A stretch of 64,000 bases of DNA from positions 77,872,001 through 77,936,000 of the forward strand of contig OX597823.1 of NCBI GenBank assembly GCA_951406725.2, read 5' to 3'. Both the position numbers and the translations under genes were made by a program. Each line of letters opens with the position of its first letter. The first letter of the stretch is position 1. Under the pieces are notes generated by a model. It did no database searches, was not told the origin of the DNA, and worked only from the letters and a program-made list of their open reading frames with translations. The stretch comes from Octopus vulgaris. Its lineage: Eukaryota. Shown in pieces: positions 50,743-64,000 of this stretch.

Positions 50743-51974
50743 CAGTTTTGATCACCACAGGCTTTTGCCAGTGAAGCGGATGCAGAAGCTATTAGGCCCC
50801 AGCTTTTCATAAAGGCATTTGTAAAATGCCAGGAATAGTTACCATAGGGAATCAAAACTGGTTAACAGACATGCCTTGTTAAGATCTTATTACTTAAATT
50901 TGCAGACCTTGCAATTTGGTTATTTGTATTATTTATATACACTAGTATTGCAGTATAAAATTCTACATACACCAGTTGGAGTATTAAGAATCCTTCACAT
51001 ACGGCAGCAAACCATTATTGGCAGTGACGTTACTCAACATTAATAATTCAGTATAAACCGCAATATAATATCAATTAACATTCGGGGAGAAATATAGATA
51101 TTACTAACAGTGACACTGTTTATACATCACTAACCACCACGGTGATGACAATCCATTATAAACTACTGCTAAACAAGCTAAAGTAGGTAGATGTCTTCAC
51201 ATGGTTGCATGGCTTGCTAGAAATAACAGTCAGAATCACAACTCTCTCTCAAATTACACCAAACTGTGTTAAAAAAAAATCATGGTAATGCAGACATTGG
51301 TTGATGTTGTCTGTTATAAACTATGCTTGAAATGTGGGGATGGTCATGTTTGGCATGTTCTTGATTATATGTTTGCTTGATCAGGGTAGAGACATAAGGG
51401 CTGAACCACAACAGTGACTACTATAGAATTGTTATGTTCGCATCTCTAAACCATTTACCGATAACCACCAAAAACCCACTGCTTTCTGCGGCATGGCAGT
51501 GCTTCATTAGAATTAGTTACTTTATCTTTTCCTTCCTTTTTTTTTTCTTCCTCCCGAATGGCTAAAGAATTCTCCTGTAAAATGCTCTACATCAAGTCTT
51601 TAAAAACAATAAATCAAATTTCAAATTACCTCATTTTGTAGGTGGCTTTTAGACTACTTAAACAGCATCATTCTTCTAAAGAATTTTTGAAAAAAAAACA
51701 TAAATAAATAAATAAATAAAAGGAACAAACACACACACAAAAAAACCCCCAGTTTAATCGGCATCAGAAAGAAACAGTTGTTTTTATTTATTTTATATAT
51801 GTATGTATATATATATTTGTCTTTTTTATTTTTTCTCATTATCTATAGAGTAGACAATATATTAGTGCATCATTCTTCTATAGCATAAACACTATCAAGC
51901 AAAATAGACAGTTGGGGTACTTGTTTGAATAGAAAGAAAATAAAATAGAAAATAGAAAACTAAATACTAAGCAC

Positions 51975-52445
51975 CGACAACAACAACAACAGCAACAACG
52001 ACAGCAATAGCAACAACAACAACAACAACAACAACAACAAAAATCAATCAATAGCTTTGTTTTTATTTTTATGGTGATCACCATTGCTTCCTTGTCTGCT
52101 ACTAACTGATGCAACTGTGGATGGGTTATTATTGTTATTTCAATCTTCGTCATCATCGTCGTCATCACAATCACCATTGTCAATTGTTGTTGTAGTTGTT
52201 GTCGTTGTTGTTGTTGCTAATGTTATTACTGTTGTCTCTGATGTTGTTACTCTTGCAACTACACCTACTGCTGTTGCTAATGCTATTATGTATTCTCTCG
52301 CTAAATGCCGCCACTGCTGTCTTCCGCTGCTGTAGCTTCTACTACAAAAACAACAACAACTACTACAACTACTACCACCACCACCACCACCACCACCACC
52401 ACTACCAACACCAGCACCTGCACCATAGCTGCTACTGCTGCTGCT
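51975..52445. repeat. Trinucleotide low-complexity region (CAA, GTT, CAC, CTG)
   Basis: Directly visible. Confidence 0.9.
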
Positions 52446-52837
52446 ATATTTTTGCTAATACTTCTCTATGCATCCTACTGTTGCTAAACATGATGGCTGA
52501 GACAGTAGAAGCATGGCTAACTGCTGCTAGCATAACAACTTTCATACCTCACCGTTCTGATTTCAAATCCTGTTGTGAGGTGGTAGTTGACTTTTATTTG
52601 TTCTTTTATTTTTATATTTATAGTAAGCGATGTAGTCAGTACCAGTAGTATATTGAGGGTAGAATCAGAGACTTGTAGCTACTTGTTTTTCAATGAGAAA
52701 AACAAATCCGGTTTTAACAGGACATGGTTTTGTGCCCTATTAAAAGAAATCAACAATAATGATAATGTAATTAGGATTTTTCTAAGTTCTGAGACTATGA
52801 ATGCAGTCAACAGAAACAACTTGAATGCATTTTAGTA

Positions 52838-53680
<843 letters not shown>

Positions 53681-53879
53681 CAACACACACATACACACAC
53701 AATGAGCTTCCACACAATTTCTCTTCTCCAATTCAATAAATAAAAGGCAAATTCCCAAGGTTCTGTACAGTGGGACAGAACCCAAAACCATACATTTACA
53801 AAATGAATTTCTTAACCTCTCTTAGCCTGTGCCTATGAATAGCGATTTTTTGTAGAGTCATCACTGCAATGTTTAATAA

Positions 53880-54655
53880 TGGAAATTTAAACCCATCTAT
53901 CCCTTTCACTCATTCACTGTATTGAAAAGTATCTTAACATGGAAATCCTACTTAATGCAAGCCAGTATAATGATCACCAAGGGAATCTGTTTTTAAAGTA
54001 ATTGCTATGTTAATGGATGTGCAAGGGATATTCATCAAGCATTGTTGCTTTCTTTGTCTGTGGGACAGTTGTGCTATTACGAATTATTATAATAGAAGAG
54101 AATGGTTAACAAGGTCTTCATATATTCCTGAAAGAAACCAACATTTAGTTATTTCTTTTAGTTGTTCTCAAGACATTATTTTTACCACCTCTTCACATTA
54201 AACTTGGTTTAATGAATATATTTGTCAATGCCATCGGCAAAAAGAATATCCAAGAAGATTCAGAATGCTCCCAGAGATATTTTTCAAATCAAGTGTTTCA
54301 GAATTTGTGATAGTAGTTTTTATAGGACCACAAAACCGAAAGGTATTCAAAGATGAAATTTTTTATGCAACCCCACACAGCACCGGAATTCAGCTTGCTT
54401 TCAAATGGGCTTCTGGTTACCTCTTAGAAAATTACAGGTTTCCTTCTGTTCAAAATACAGTCAAGAAAATGGCCAAGGTTTCCAAAGATATTTAATGCAG
54501 CGAATCCCCTATGTTCATTTATTACATCCACACACTTTTTTCCTAAAAGATTTTGGTGAAGTTTGCAATGAACAAATAGAAATTTCAATGGACTATTATA
54601 TCTAAAATGTTGGTTAAGGATTCTAGAATGAAAATATAATGGCAAACTATTGTGG
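53880..54655 (+). pseudogene. Decayed DNA-transposase fragment, Chapaev3-like (CMC superfamily)
   Basis: Frameshifted blocks QGIFIKHCCFLCLWDS, LPPLHIKLGLMNIFVNA, VFIGPQ.RKV..D..F, VHLLHPH.FF....GEV..EQ.E; family assignment from recall. Confidence 0.75.
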
Positions 54656-54664
54656 AATATTATA

Positions 54665-55073
54665 CAGGAGTAGCTGTGTGGTAAGTAGCTTACTTACCAA
54701 CCACATGGTTCCGGGTTCAGTCCCACTGCATGGCACTTTCAGCAAGTGTCTTCAGCTATAGCTTCAGGCCCACCAAAGACTTGTGAATGGATTTGGTAGA
54801 TGGAAACTGAAAGAAGCCCATCATATATATGTATATGTATGTGTGAGTGTATATGTTTGTGTGTCTGTGTTTGTACCCCCAACATCGCTTTACAACCAAT
54901 GCTGGTGTGTTTATGTCCCTGTAACTTAGCGATTCGGCAAAAGAGACCAATAGAATAAGTACTTGGCTTACAAAGAATAAGTCCTGGGGTCGATTTGCTC
55001 GACTAACGGCGGTGCTCCAGCATGGCCACAGTCAAATGACTGAAACAAGTAATAGAGTAAAAGAGAGTAAAGA
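54665..55073 (+). mobile_element. SINE family A, full length
   Basis: Colinear with the other copies. Confidence 0.93.
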
Positions 55074-55284
55074 GTATATTTACAAGAGAACTTCCTACTT
55101 ATCTCCTTTCTGGTTCCATGTATATGTATTATATACATATATACAGACTCTTGTAATAAATTTCTATCAATTTGTGTGTCTATCCGTCTGTCTGTCTATC
55201 TACCAGCCTATCTACCTACCTATCTATCTACCCCCTTATCTATCTATCTATCTATGTACCTATCTCTCTCTCTGTCTCTGTCTC

Positions 55285-55315
<31 letters not shown>

Positions 55316-55317
<2 letters not shown>

Positions 55318-55537
55318 TCTTTTATTCTTTTACTTGTTTCAGTCATTTGACTGCGGCCATGCTGGAGCACCACCTTTAGTCGAGCAAATCGACCCCGGGA
55401 CTTATTCTTTGTAAGCCCAGTACTTATTCTATCGGTCTCTTTTGCCGAACCGCTAAGTGACGGGGATGTAAACACACCAACATCGGTTGTCAAGCAATGC
55501 TAGGGGGACAAACACAGACACAAACATACATACAAAC

Positions 55538-55570
<33 letters not shown>

Positions 55571-55735
55571 TACGATGGGCTTCTTTCAGTTTCCGTCTAC
55601 CAAATCCACTCACAAGGCTTTGGTTGGCCCAAGGCTATAGTAGAAGACACTTGCCCAAGATGCCACGCAGTGGGACTGAACCCGGAACCATGTGGTTGGT
55701 AAGCAAGCTACTTACCACACAGCCACTCCTGCGCC
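55316..55735 (-). mobile_element. SINE family A, young full-length copy
   Basis: CpG-rich; minus-strand start GGCGCAGGAGTGGCTGTGTGGTAAG; flanked by (TA)n. Confidence 0.95.
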
Positions 55736-55759
55736 TATATATATATATAATTATAAATT

Positions 55760-56016
55760 TCCTGTAGCGTATGTGTTCCTCCCAGCTGGACAGGACACCA
55801 GTCCATCACAGCATTACTCAAGAAACAGGAAGAAAGAGTGAGAGAAAGTTGGAGTGAAAGAGTACAACAGGGGTCGCTACCAACCCCTGCTGGAGCCTCA
55901 TGGAGCTTTAGCTGTTTTCGCTCAATAAACACACTCACAACGCCTGGTCGGGTAATCGAAACCATGATCTTCCAACCGCTAGTCCACTGCCCTAACAACT
56001 GGGCCATTGCGCCTCC
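55760..56016 (-). mobile_element. SINE family D
   Basis: Reverse complement of 18538-18790; B box GGTTTCGATTACC. Confidence 0.8.
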
Positions 56017-57243
56017 ACACACACACGCACACACTCACACACACACACATATATATATGTATGTATGTATATATATATCTGTCTATGTGTGTGTGTGTAT
56101 GGTATCTGAGTACATTTTTGTATTTTGTTGTTTCTAGTCACTCACCACTTGGAGTTACTGTTGGCATGTATCTGCCAGTAAGAGTTGATCACATATCTTT
56201 ACTTGGAAAGATCTTCTCCGAGCCACTGACCTAGGGAAGATTTTCTTTTTTATAGCTCAATCTTAGTAACCTATTCACCAAGTTTATCCTCCTTATGGTA
56301 CTGACTTTCTCCAAAAGTGGCTTACACAGATTGGCACCACTCTCGTTCCAGTCAAACATTGAATACTAAGAGCTGGAACAAATACCACTAAGCATTTTGT
56401 CCATCCCTCTTACACGTTTCTGCTAATCTGCCACCCACGTCTAGTACTTAATTTTATCAACCCCCACCCCCCAGATGGATTGTAGGCACAGTTGAGCGCA
56501 GCAGAATTTGAATAGTCATAACAAATAATGTAAGGTTATTTTGTTTGAAGTTCTAATGATTCTGCCAACCCACCTGTTGTTATTATAATTAAAACACCTA
56601 CAGGATCAATGTTATTAATTCTCTCAGCATGATGTTTCTTCTGATAAAGCTACCTGATTATTGCAATCATAAAATTTATTTAGCATGAGACTCCTCTATA
56701 TGAATAATTTTAAATGAATAAAAAAAAAAATCAATCACAAAACTTCTCTTGGAAACCACATCAGCTAAACCCACCTCTTCCCCCAGTTTCCAAAGGGTTT
56801 GTTTTGAAAGAGGTTGTTACCATGGTTATTATCCTCTGATAGATGTGAGGTCAGGGCTGTTTATGCTCCTAACGAATAACTGCATGCTAACAGCTGCAGG
56901 AATAATCATGGGCAGGAAGTGAATTCTAGAGGGATGGTAATCCAGGAAGGAAGGATTGGATTAGAGATTAATGCATGTATGAATGGATTAGTGATTAATG
57001 TGGCTGATACAATATGGGTGGTTTGGGGAGGAGAGATGTGTGAGTTGGGTGGGCTGCAATACATGTAGCATTCTTCTTTTTTTTTATTCTACTTGTTTCA
57101 GTCATTTCACTGCTGCACTGCTTTTATTCGAACAAATTGACCCTAGGACTTATTCTCTAGTATTTATTCTATTGGTCACTTTTGCCAAACCGCTAAGTTA
57201 CAGATCAGTTGTTAGGTGATGGCAAGGGGACAAACACAGACAC

Positions 57244-57289
<46 letters not shown>

Positions 57290-57360
57290 CCAAACTTACA
57301 GGGAAAAATTCAATTTAGTATTTTAGTATTAAATCAAATTTCACAATATAAATATATAAC

Positions 57361-57425
57361 ATATAAATTAGAGAAAAACCACCATTCATTGAATTACATA
57401 ATAGTGGTTTTTCTCTAATTTATAT
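57361..57425. repeat. Perfect hairpin, 22-bp arms, 21-nt loop
   Basis: ATATAAATTAGAGAAAAACCAC / GTGGTTTTTCTCTAATTTATAT. Confidence 0.92.
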
Positions 57426-57460
<35 letters not shown>

Positions 57461-57475
57461 GTGCTTTCTGAGTAC

Positions 57476-57534
57476 ATTCCACTGATGAAGGCAGAGCATT
57501 TCTAATGCAGAGCCAGAAATCCGGGATCTGGAAT
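57476..57534 (+). ncRNA. Minimal type I hammerhead ribozyme motif
   Basis: attcca CTGATGA a ggc aga gcatt tct aatgc aga gcc a GAAA tccggga TC tggaat; perfect 6-bp stem I, AUC site. Confidence 0.82.
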
Positions 57535-57694
57535 TATCCAGTAATTTTTTTGCTAGTTTATTTTGTCTCTTTGTCTTCTCTCCTGATGCTGTATGAACAT
57601 TTAATGTGGTTTTAGAGTCAAGTTTTGACTGCTATTTCCTGTGTGGTGGTATTTCTTAGATACCCTAAATTATAATTTTACATATATATATATA

Positions 57695-57925
57695 TTTTTT
57701 TATTGCCCACAAGGGGCGAAACACAGAGGGGACAAACAAGGACAGACAAAGGGATTAAGTCGATTACATCAACCCCAGTGTGCAAATGGTACTTATTTAA
57801 TCAACCCCGAAAGGATGAAGGGCAAAGTCGACCTTGGCGGAATTTGAACTCAGAACATAGCGGCAGGCAAAATACCGTTAAGCATTTCATTCGGCATGCT
57901 AATGATTCTGCCAGTTTGCTGCCTT
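57695..57925 (-). mobile_element. SINE B; a further partial copy at 58305-58470
   Basis: Colinear with 37213-37449. Confidence 0.9.
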
Positions 57926-59809
57926 ATCTAACCTATAAATTGAGAAGCTGATAATATACCTGGGTTAGAAGTAGGCATAAAATTGAACCTACTTTCAAGG
58001 ATGACTAACAATCCATAATATAACATGCAAGTACTAAAAGCTTGTTTATATATATGTCTGTCTATCACATTATCCTATTTATTTCAATAATATGCAGAGC
58101 CAGAAATCCGGGATCTGGAATTATCCAGGAATTTTTTTGCTAGTTTATTTTGTCTATATTTTGTTTATATATGTCTGTCTATCACATTATCCTATTTATT
58201 TCAATAATATACAGTTGTGTCACAAGTATAGCATTTTCTAATTGATGTAGTAGACTTTATATCACAACAAAAATAATTCGCACAGAAGTCTTGCATTCAG
58301 GACTCATAAACCCATCAACCTCAGTGCAAAACTGGTACTTTATTTATCGACCCCGAAAGGATGAAAGGCAAAGTCGACCTCGGTGGAATTTGAACTCAGA
58401 ATGTAACGGCAGACGAAATACGGCTACACATTTCTCCTGGCGTACTAACATTTCTGCCAGCTCCCCACCTTTTACATGTATATATATATGTACATGACAA
58501 GCTTCTTTCAGTTTCCGTCTACCAAATCCACTCACAAGGCTTTCGTCAGCTGGTCAGCCTGAGGCTATAGAAGGCACTTGCCCAAAGTACCATGAAATAT
58601 GCATACTTTATTCTTCAATACCCATTCTCAGTTACATCATCATCATCATCATTATTGTTTTAACATCCTCTTCTACATACTTGCATGGGTCAGACAAAGT
58701 TTATTGAGTCATATTTTTACAGTGAGATGCCCTTCCTGTCACCAACCTTCATCTGTTTCCAAAGAAAGTAATATTTTCCCCCCAAAGCCAAACAGGAAGA
58801 GAGTTTGTCAGAATATTCTTCATATACCTTCAATATTTTACTACAATCAGTTTGTCTACTATCTTCAAAAAAGTTCCAGACTTTATTCTATATAGTTTTA
58901 TTATCATATCCAAGTTTTAATATTATGCAAGAATGCTGTTTATCTTTATTTGCTGATAGGCATAATTCTTTGATCGGTTTCCAACTTTTGGTTTCTTCAT
59001 CTTTGATGACCATTTGAAAGAGTTTCGTTTTATATTTTCGAGTCTTACTGCATATCGAAGAAAAATATTAATTTCATTGTTATTTTCTACAGCTGCCCTA
59101 CCATTTTCTTTTTCTTCATCAGAAATTTTCAGCAGCCTACACGTTTCCCAGTAGCAGCTGGCTAATTTGTCTATCATGTAAAGAAAGATAGTCAGTGTGA
59201 GTCAAAATTGGTAACCTGAAAAACAAAAAATATTTATATGACATTATTATTACTGTGGTGGCAAGTAGCTTAGTGGTTAGGGTGTCGGCACCATGATCAT
59301 AAGATTGTGGTTTCGATTCCTGGAGTGGGTGACGCATTATGTTCTTGAGCAAAACACTTCATTTCACATTGCTCCAGTCCACTCAGCTGGCAAAAAGGAG
59401 TAACGCTGCAATAGACTGGCATCCCATCCAGCTGGGAAACACATATGCCATGGAAAGTGGGAAACCAGGCCCATGAGCCTTGCTAGGCTTTAAAAGGGTG
59501 CATTTATATATTTTTATTATTATTACTATTATTATTATCAAAGGAGAAGGGCTCTTGCCTTGTTGATCAGGCACCCGTGACTTTTGTGGGTTTTTCCATG
59601 AGGACCTCAAAGTGCCACCCCTATTGGGATTTTTAATTTGTTCAATTTTAATTGTTATTTATAATGTTTACACATGGAAAACCCATTGTATCATCGTATT
59701 TTTTGTCTTTTATGTTGTTCTATGTCCTCCTTGTGGCTAATAAATGAATAAATTATGATTATCATTATTTTTGAATACATCACACAGTATCCAATACTGT
59801 GATGTTGTA

Positions 59810-60830
59810 GGTTGAAAATACTGTGAGCACCAGGGATTTGTACTCTGTCAAGTCACAACAAGGATCTCCGACAGACACTACTTTATGCAGTATGCATGCA
59901 GTTCCAAGTAATGATAGCAACAATACTAATAACAATGATATAATTATTACTGAGTGACAGAGAAGTGCATGTCATCAACGTGACACTGGGGTAAAAATAT
60001 TCAAAACCCAGTATACCCATCTTGACTACCTGCCTGATAAGGGTACACCAGGCATATACATTACAACCATATGTGTGCAACATGGTGATCTCATATCAAG
60101 ATAAACAGTGCATGGCCTTGCAGGTGCGGCTGAGTTAGAATTTTCTTCATGTTGAGTAGCCCATTCTGCTCAAAAGTTCACTGAATAAGGCAGGGCCAGA
60201 TTAAGATCCATCGCACTTAAAAGATTTCGGTGCTCCCATAAAAGATTATGTAATTCAAAATATAAACAATAACAAACCATAAAATGGATTTTTATTTTTC
60301 AAAAGGAAAAAAAACAATAAGAGGGAAAATAATATTTATTTTTGTGTACTTTCACTTTATTTATATATGAAAACTTTCGTCCTACTTTTTGAATTGCAAA
60401 GTCTTTGATCAGATTCCCAAAATTAATCTTTGGTACTACATTTGCATCTATACTTAGTAGAGATAAAGGCATACCGGATATTTTTTAGCAAGTTTAAAGT
60501 GATTTCTTTTGTACTGTAAACCAGTTACCATTTCTGTGGTGCCTGCTTAGGCACATGTTTATTTTGCTTAATGGTTAATCCAGTGCAGGAATAAGGTTTG
60601 TTTAAGGATGCTGAATTAAACATCCATGCCTCCAGAGGTGATTTATTCATACTGCACAGAATTCCTCTGAGTACATGGCTATGATGCTTCCCTATTACTT
60701 CTGCTCAAGGTCAGAGATGCACATATTGTCAGCCACTAAGGGACATGCTCAACTGGTTAAGGTCAAACAACTGACAAGCAAATCTGTGGTATTGAGCAGA
60801 ATATTTGCTTGTGCCCATAAACAGAAAGGA
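59810..60830 (+). mobile_element. Interspersed family F ending in a (TTA)n tail; reverse fragment at 34430-34535
   Basis: TCAGAGATGCACATAT..TCAGCC..TAAGGGACATGCTCA.CTGGTTAAGGTC...GCAAATCTGTGG.ATTGAGCA.AATATTTGC shared; 5' boundary uncertain. Confidence 0.6.
60191..60588. mobile_element. hAT-type MITE with perfect 8-bp TSD
   Basis: GAATAAGG at 60183-60190 and 60589-60596; imperfect TIRs CAGGGCCAGATTAA / TTAATCCAGTGCAG. Confidence 0.88.
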
Positions 60831-60885
<55 letters not shown>

Positions 60886-61409
60886 GATCCCTAGTTTGAG
60901 AAATACATCAATACTTTAAGAATTTTGTACACGATGAAAAGCTTGCTTTTGATCTTAGCTCAAAATACTGCATAGGATTAATCTAACAATATTTATAGAT
61001 CAAAGTGATCTTTTCATTGATCCATTCACAGTTGATAAAAATATACACCAGTTGTGTTATTTCTCTGCCAGTCTATGATATTATGCCATTATTCTGAAAG
61101 GAAGGCATCTCTGAAAGGCTGAGCAAAGATGACAAATGCTTACATCACCAACCTTTATTACTGCCTGACCATCATGCGTCATTCCAGTTTTCTTCTGGCC
61201 ATAATGGAGGACCAGCTCTTTCATTTCTGGTGGAAGAGATGTGTTCCAAAGTTCAGAATGTCCCTTCTGCTACAAATATGGAAGCTTAGGTATATCATAG
61301 CTGAGGTCACGTAAGCATGTGCTGGAGACGATGGCATTTGAAGAGATTTAGAAGTTACAGGATAGTGAGTGGATTTGGTTGCCATTTATCAACTCTAATT
61401 GAACCAAAT

Positions 61410-61742
61410 TCGATGACTGGCACTTCTACTGGTGACACATGAAAAAACATTCGAGCAAGGTCGTAGCCAGTGCTGGACTGACTCCTGTGCAGGTGGCATG
61501 TAAAAAACACCATTTTGAGCATGGCTGTTGCCAGTACTGCCAGACTGGCCCTCGTGCAGGTGGCACGTAAAAGCATCCACTACACTCTCAGAGTGGTTGG
61601 CGTTAGGAAGGGCATCCAGCTGTAGAAACTATGCCAGATTAGATTGGAACCTGGTGCAGCCATCTGGTTCACCAGTCCTCAGTCAAATCGTCCAACCCAT
61701 GCTAGCATGGAAAGCGGACGTTAAAGGATGATGATGATGATT
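61410..61742 (+). mobile_element. Family C element
   Basis: Three GGTG(G/A)CA.GT(G/A)AAAA subrepeats, then the family C 3' end and (GAT)n. Confidence 0.88.
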
Positions 61743-61840
61743 CTAGTATTCAGGTTATTCTTTGATCTGTGTGGTACTTTGTTTGATCATAGGTGGTATC
61801 TTCCCTAAAGAAAAATCGCATTCCATTCTTTTGGTAAACT

Positions 61841-62086
61841 ACTATCATGGTGTAGTGGTTAAGAGCACGGGCTACTAACCCCAAGATTCTGAGTTCGATT
61901 CCACGCAGTGACCTGAACCATAACAATAATAATGATAATAATAACATCGAAAAATACCTTAGGAATGAGAACACAGGTTCGAAATTTCCCCAAGACAGCT
62001 GAAGAAGGCTGGAGGGTATATCAACCGAAACATTGTGTTGACAATAAACAAGATGAGGACAAATATCCGTCGAATGTAAATAATGT
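61841..62086 (+). mobile_element. tRNA-headed SINE-like element with a 3' hammerhead-like motif
   Basis: A box TGGTGTAGTGG, anticodon-arm-like GGG-CTACTAA-CCC, B box GAGTTCGATTCC; gacag CTGAAGA a ggctg..caacc GAAA ca TT gtgtt (61994-62039); AATAAA at 62043. Confidence 0.7.
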
Positions 62087-62104
62087 CCTATCATTTTAGT
62101 TTTT

Positions 62105-62502
62105 TTTTTTTTACTTGTTTCAGTCTTTAGACTGTGGCCATGGTGGGGTACCACCTTGAAGAATTTTTAGTCAAATGAATTGGCCACTGCACTTTATTCT
62201 CTTAAGCCTGTTACTTATTCTACCAGTCTCTTTTTGCTGAACTGCTAAGTTACAGGGTTGTAAGCACACTAAGACTGGTTGTCAAGTAGTTGGAGGTAGG
62301 GGACAAATACAGAGAAACATACACACACACATACACACACACACATATATGATTGTCTTCTTTCAGTTTCAGTCTATGACTTCCACTCACAAGGCTTTGG
62401 TTGACCCAAGGCTCTAGTAGAAGACATTTGGCCAAGATTCTGCCCAGCAGAACTGAACCAGGAACCATGTGGTTGGGAAGCAAGCTTCTTATCACACAGC
62501 TA
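62105..62502 (-). mobile_element. SINE family A, diverged
   Basis: TTACTTGTTTCAGTC tail through GGAACCATGTGGTTGG..AGCAAGCT head. Confidence 0.85.
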
Positions 62503-63029
62503 CATCACAGTCTTACAAAATTCCCTCACCATTTTAAGTAATTTGTCTTCATAACATCACCTCATCAGTGACCCTTGTGACAAAGAAATTATCATAAATA
62601 CCTTTATTGTCACTTACTACATCATGTAATCACTCACAGAATGGGAATCATAGAATTACTCATAGAATTTTTATTGCCCAGCAGATGTTGCCATAAGCCA
62701 CTTATCTTGTATTGAATCTCACATAAATTAGAGTCTTATAGCAAAAAACACATTTATTATTGTCTAGTATTTTTGAGTTGCTGGAGAGGCTGTAATATAT
62801 TTTTAAGAATTTAGTGTATGGCTAGGCTCTACCAGTGATCAGAATAGATGTTATTTTGCATAGATATCCCTATGAAAGGCATGGATATCCCAACTTCCCT
62901 CCCAGCACCATCTGTATGATCCTGAATATTTTTATTTTTTTAAATTGCAATCATTAATATGATTAGTGTTATAGAAACAGAGTAATAATACAAACATAAA
63001 CAGTTTTTATCATATACCCACATACAGAT

Positions 63030-63900
<871 letters not shown>

Positions 63901-64000
63901 TTTTATTATTATTCTTTCCCTCAATATAAATGAGCAAATATTCCACATTATATGCTTCATGTGGAGAGAGAAAAATAATCAATAAAAGAAACAATGAAAT

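Noticed and set aside
57361-57425. pre-miRNA
   Set aside because: Perfect AT-rich arms within a TE/TA context fit a fold-back of an element end better; no expression evidence.
61848-61915. tRNA gene
   Set aside because: Acceptor stem does not pair and no T-run terminator follows; treated as a SINE head. The same applies to the family A, B and D heads.

Overview
AT-rich, microsatellite-dense eukaryotic DNA. The repeat families look like those of an Octopus genome (inference from recall, not tested). No intact multi-exon protein gene can be supported; almost all listed ORFs are translated microsatellites or SINEs. The window holds many copies of at least five short interspersed families, decayed LINE pieces (RTE clade; an R4/Dong-like endonuclease inside a (TAA)n tract), a decayed Chapaev3-like transposase, hAT- and piggyBac-type MITEs and Helitron-type elements. 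Three weak candidate exons and a CpG-rich NRF1/ETS promoter-like patch near 17.1 kb hint at a gene with very long introns. The most striking hidden pattern is about 11 minimal type I hammerhead-ribozyme motifs on both strands (CUGANGA...GAAA-palindrome-UH), most of them decayed. They sit in short, mostly unrelated inserts. Many lie in or beside (TA)n tracts, two have clear target-site duplications, and one is fused behind a tRNA-like Pol III head, which suggests a diverse Penelope-like/retrozyme mobilome. A second pattern is several locally templated insertions and fold-backs copied from 0.6-17.5 kb away. All calls were made by eye and element boundaries are approximate.
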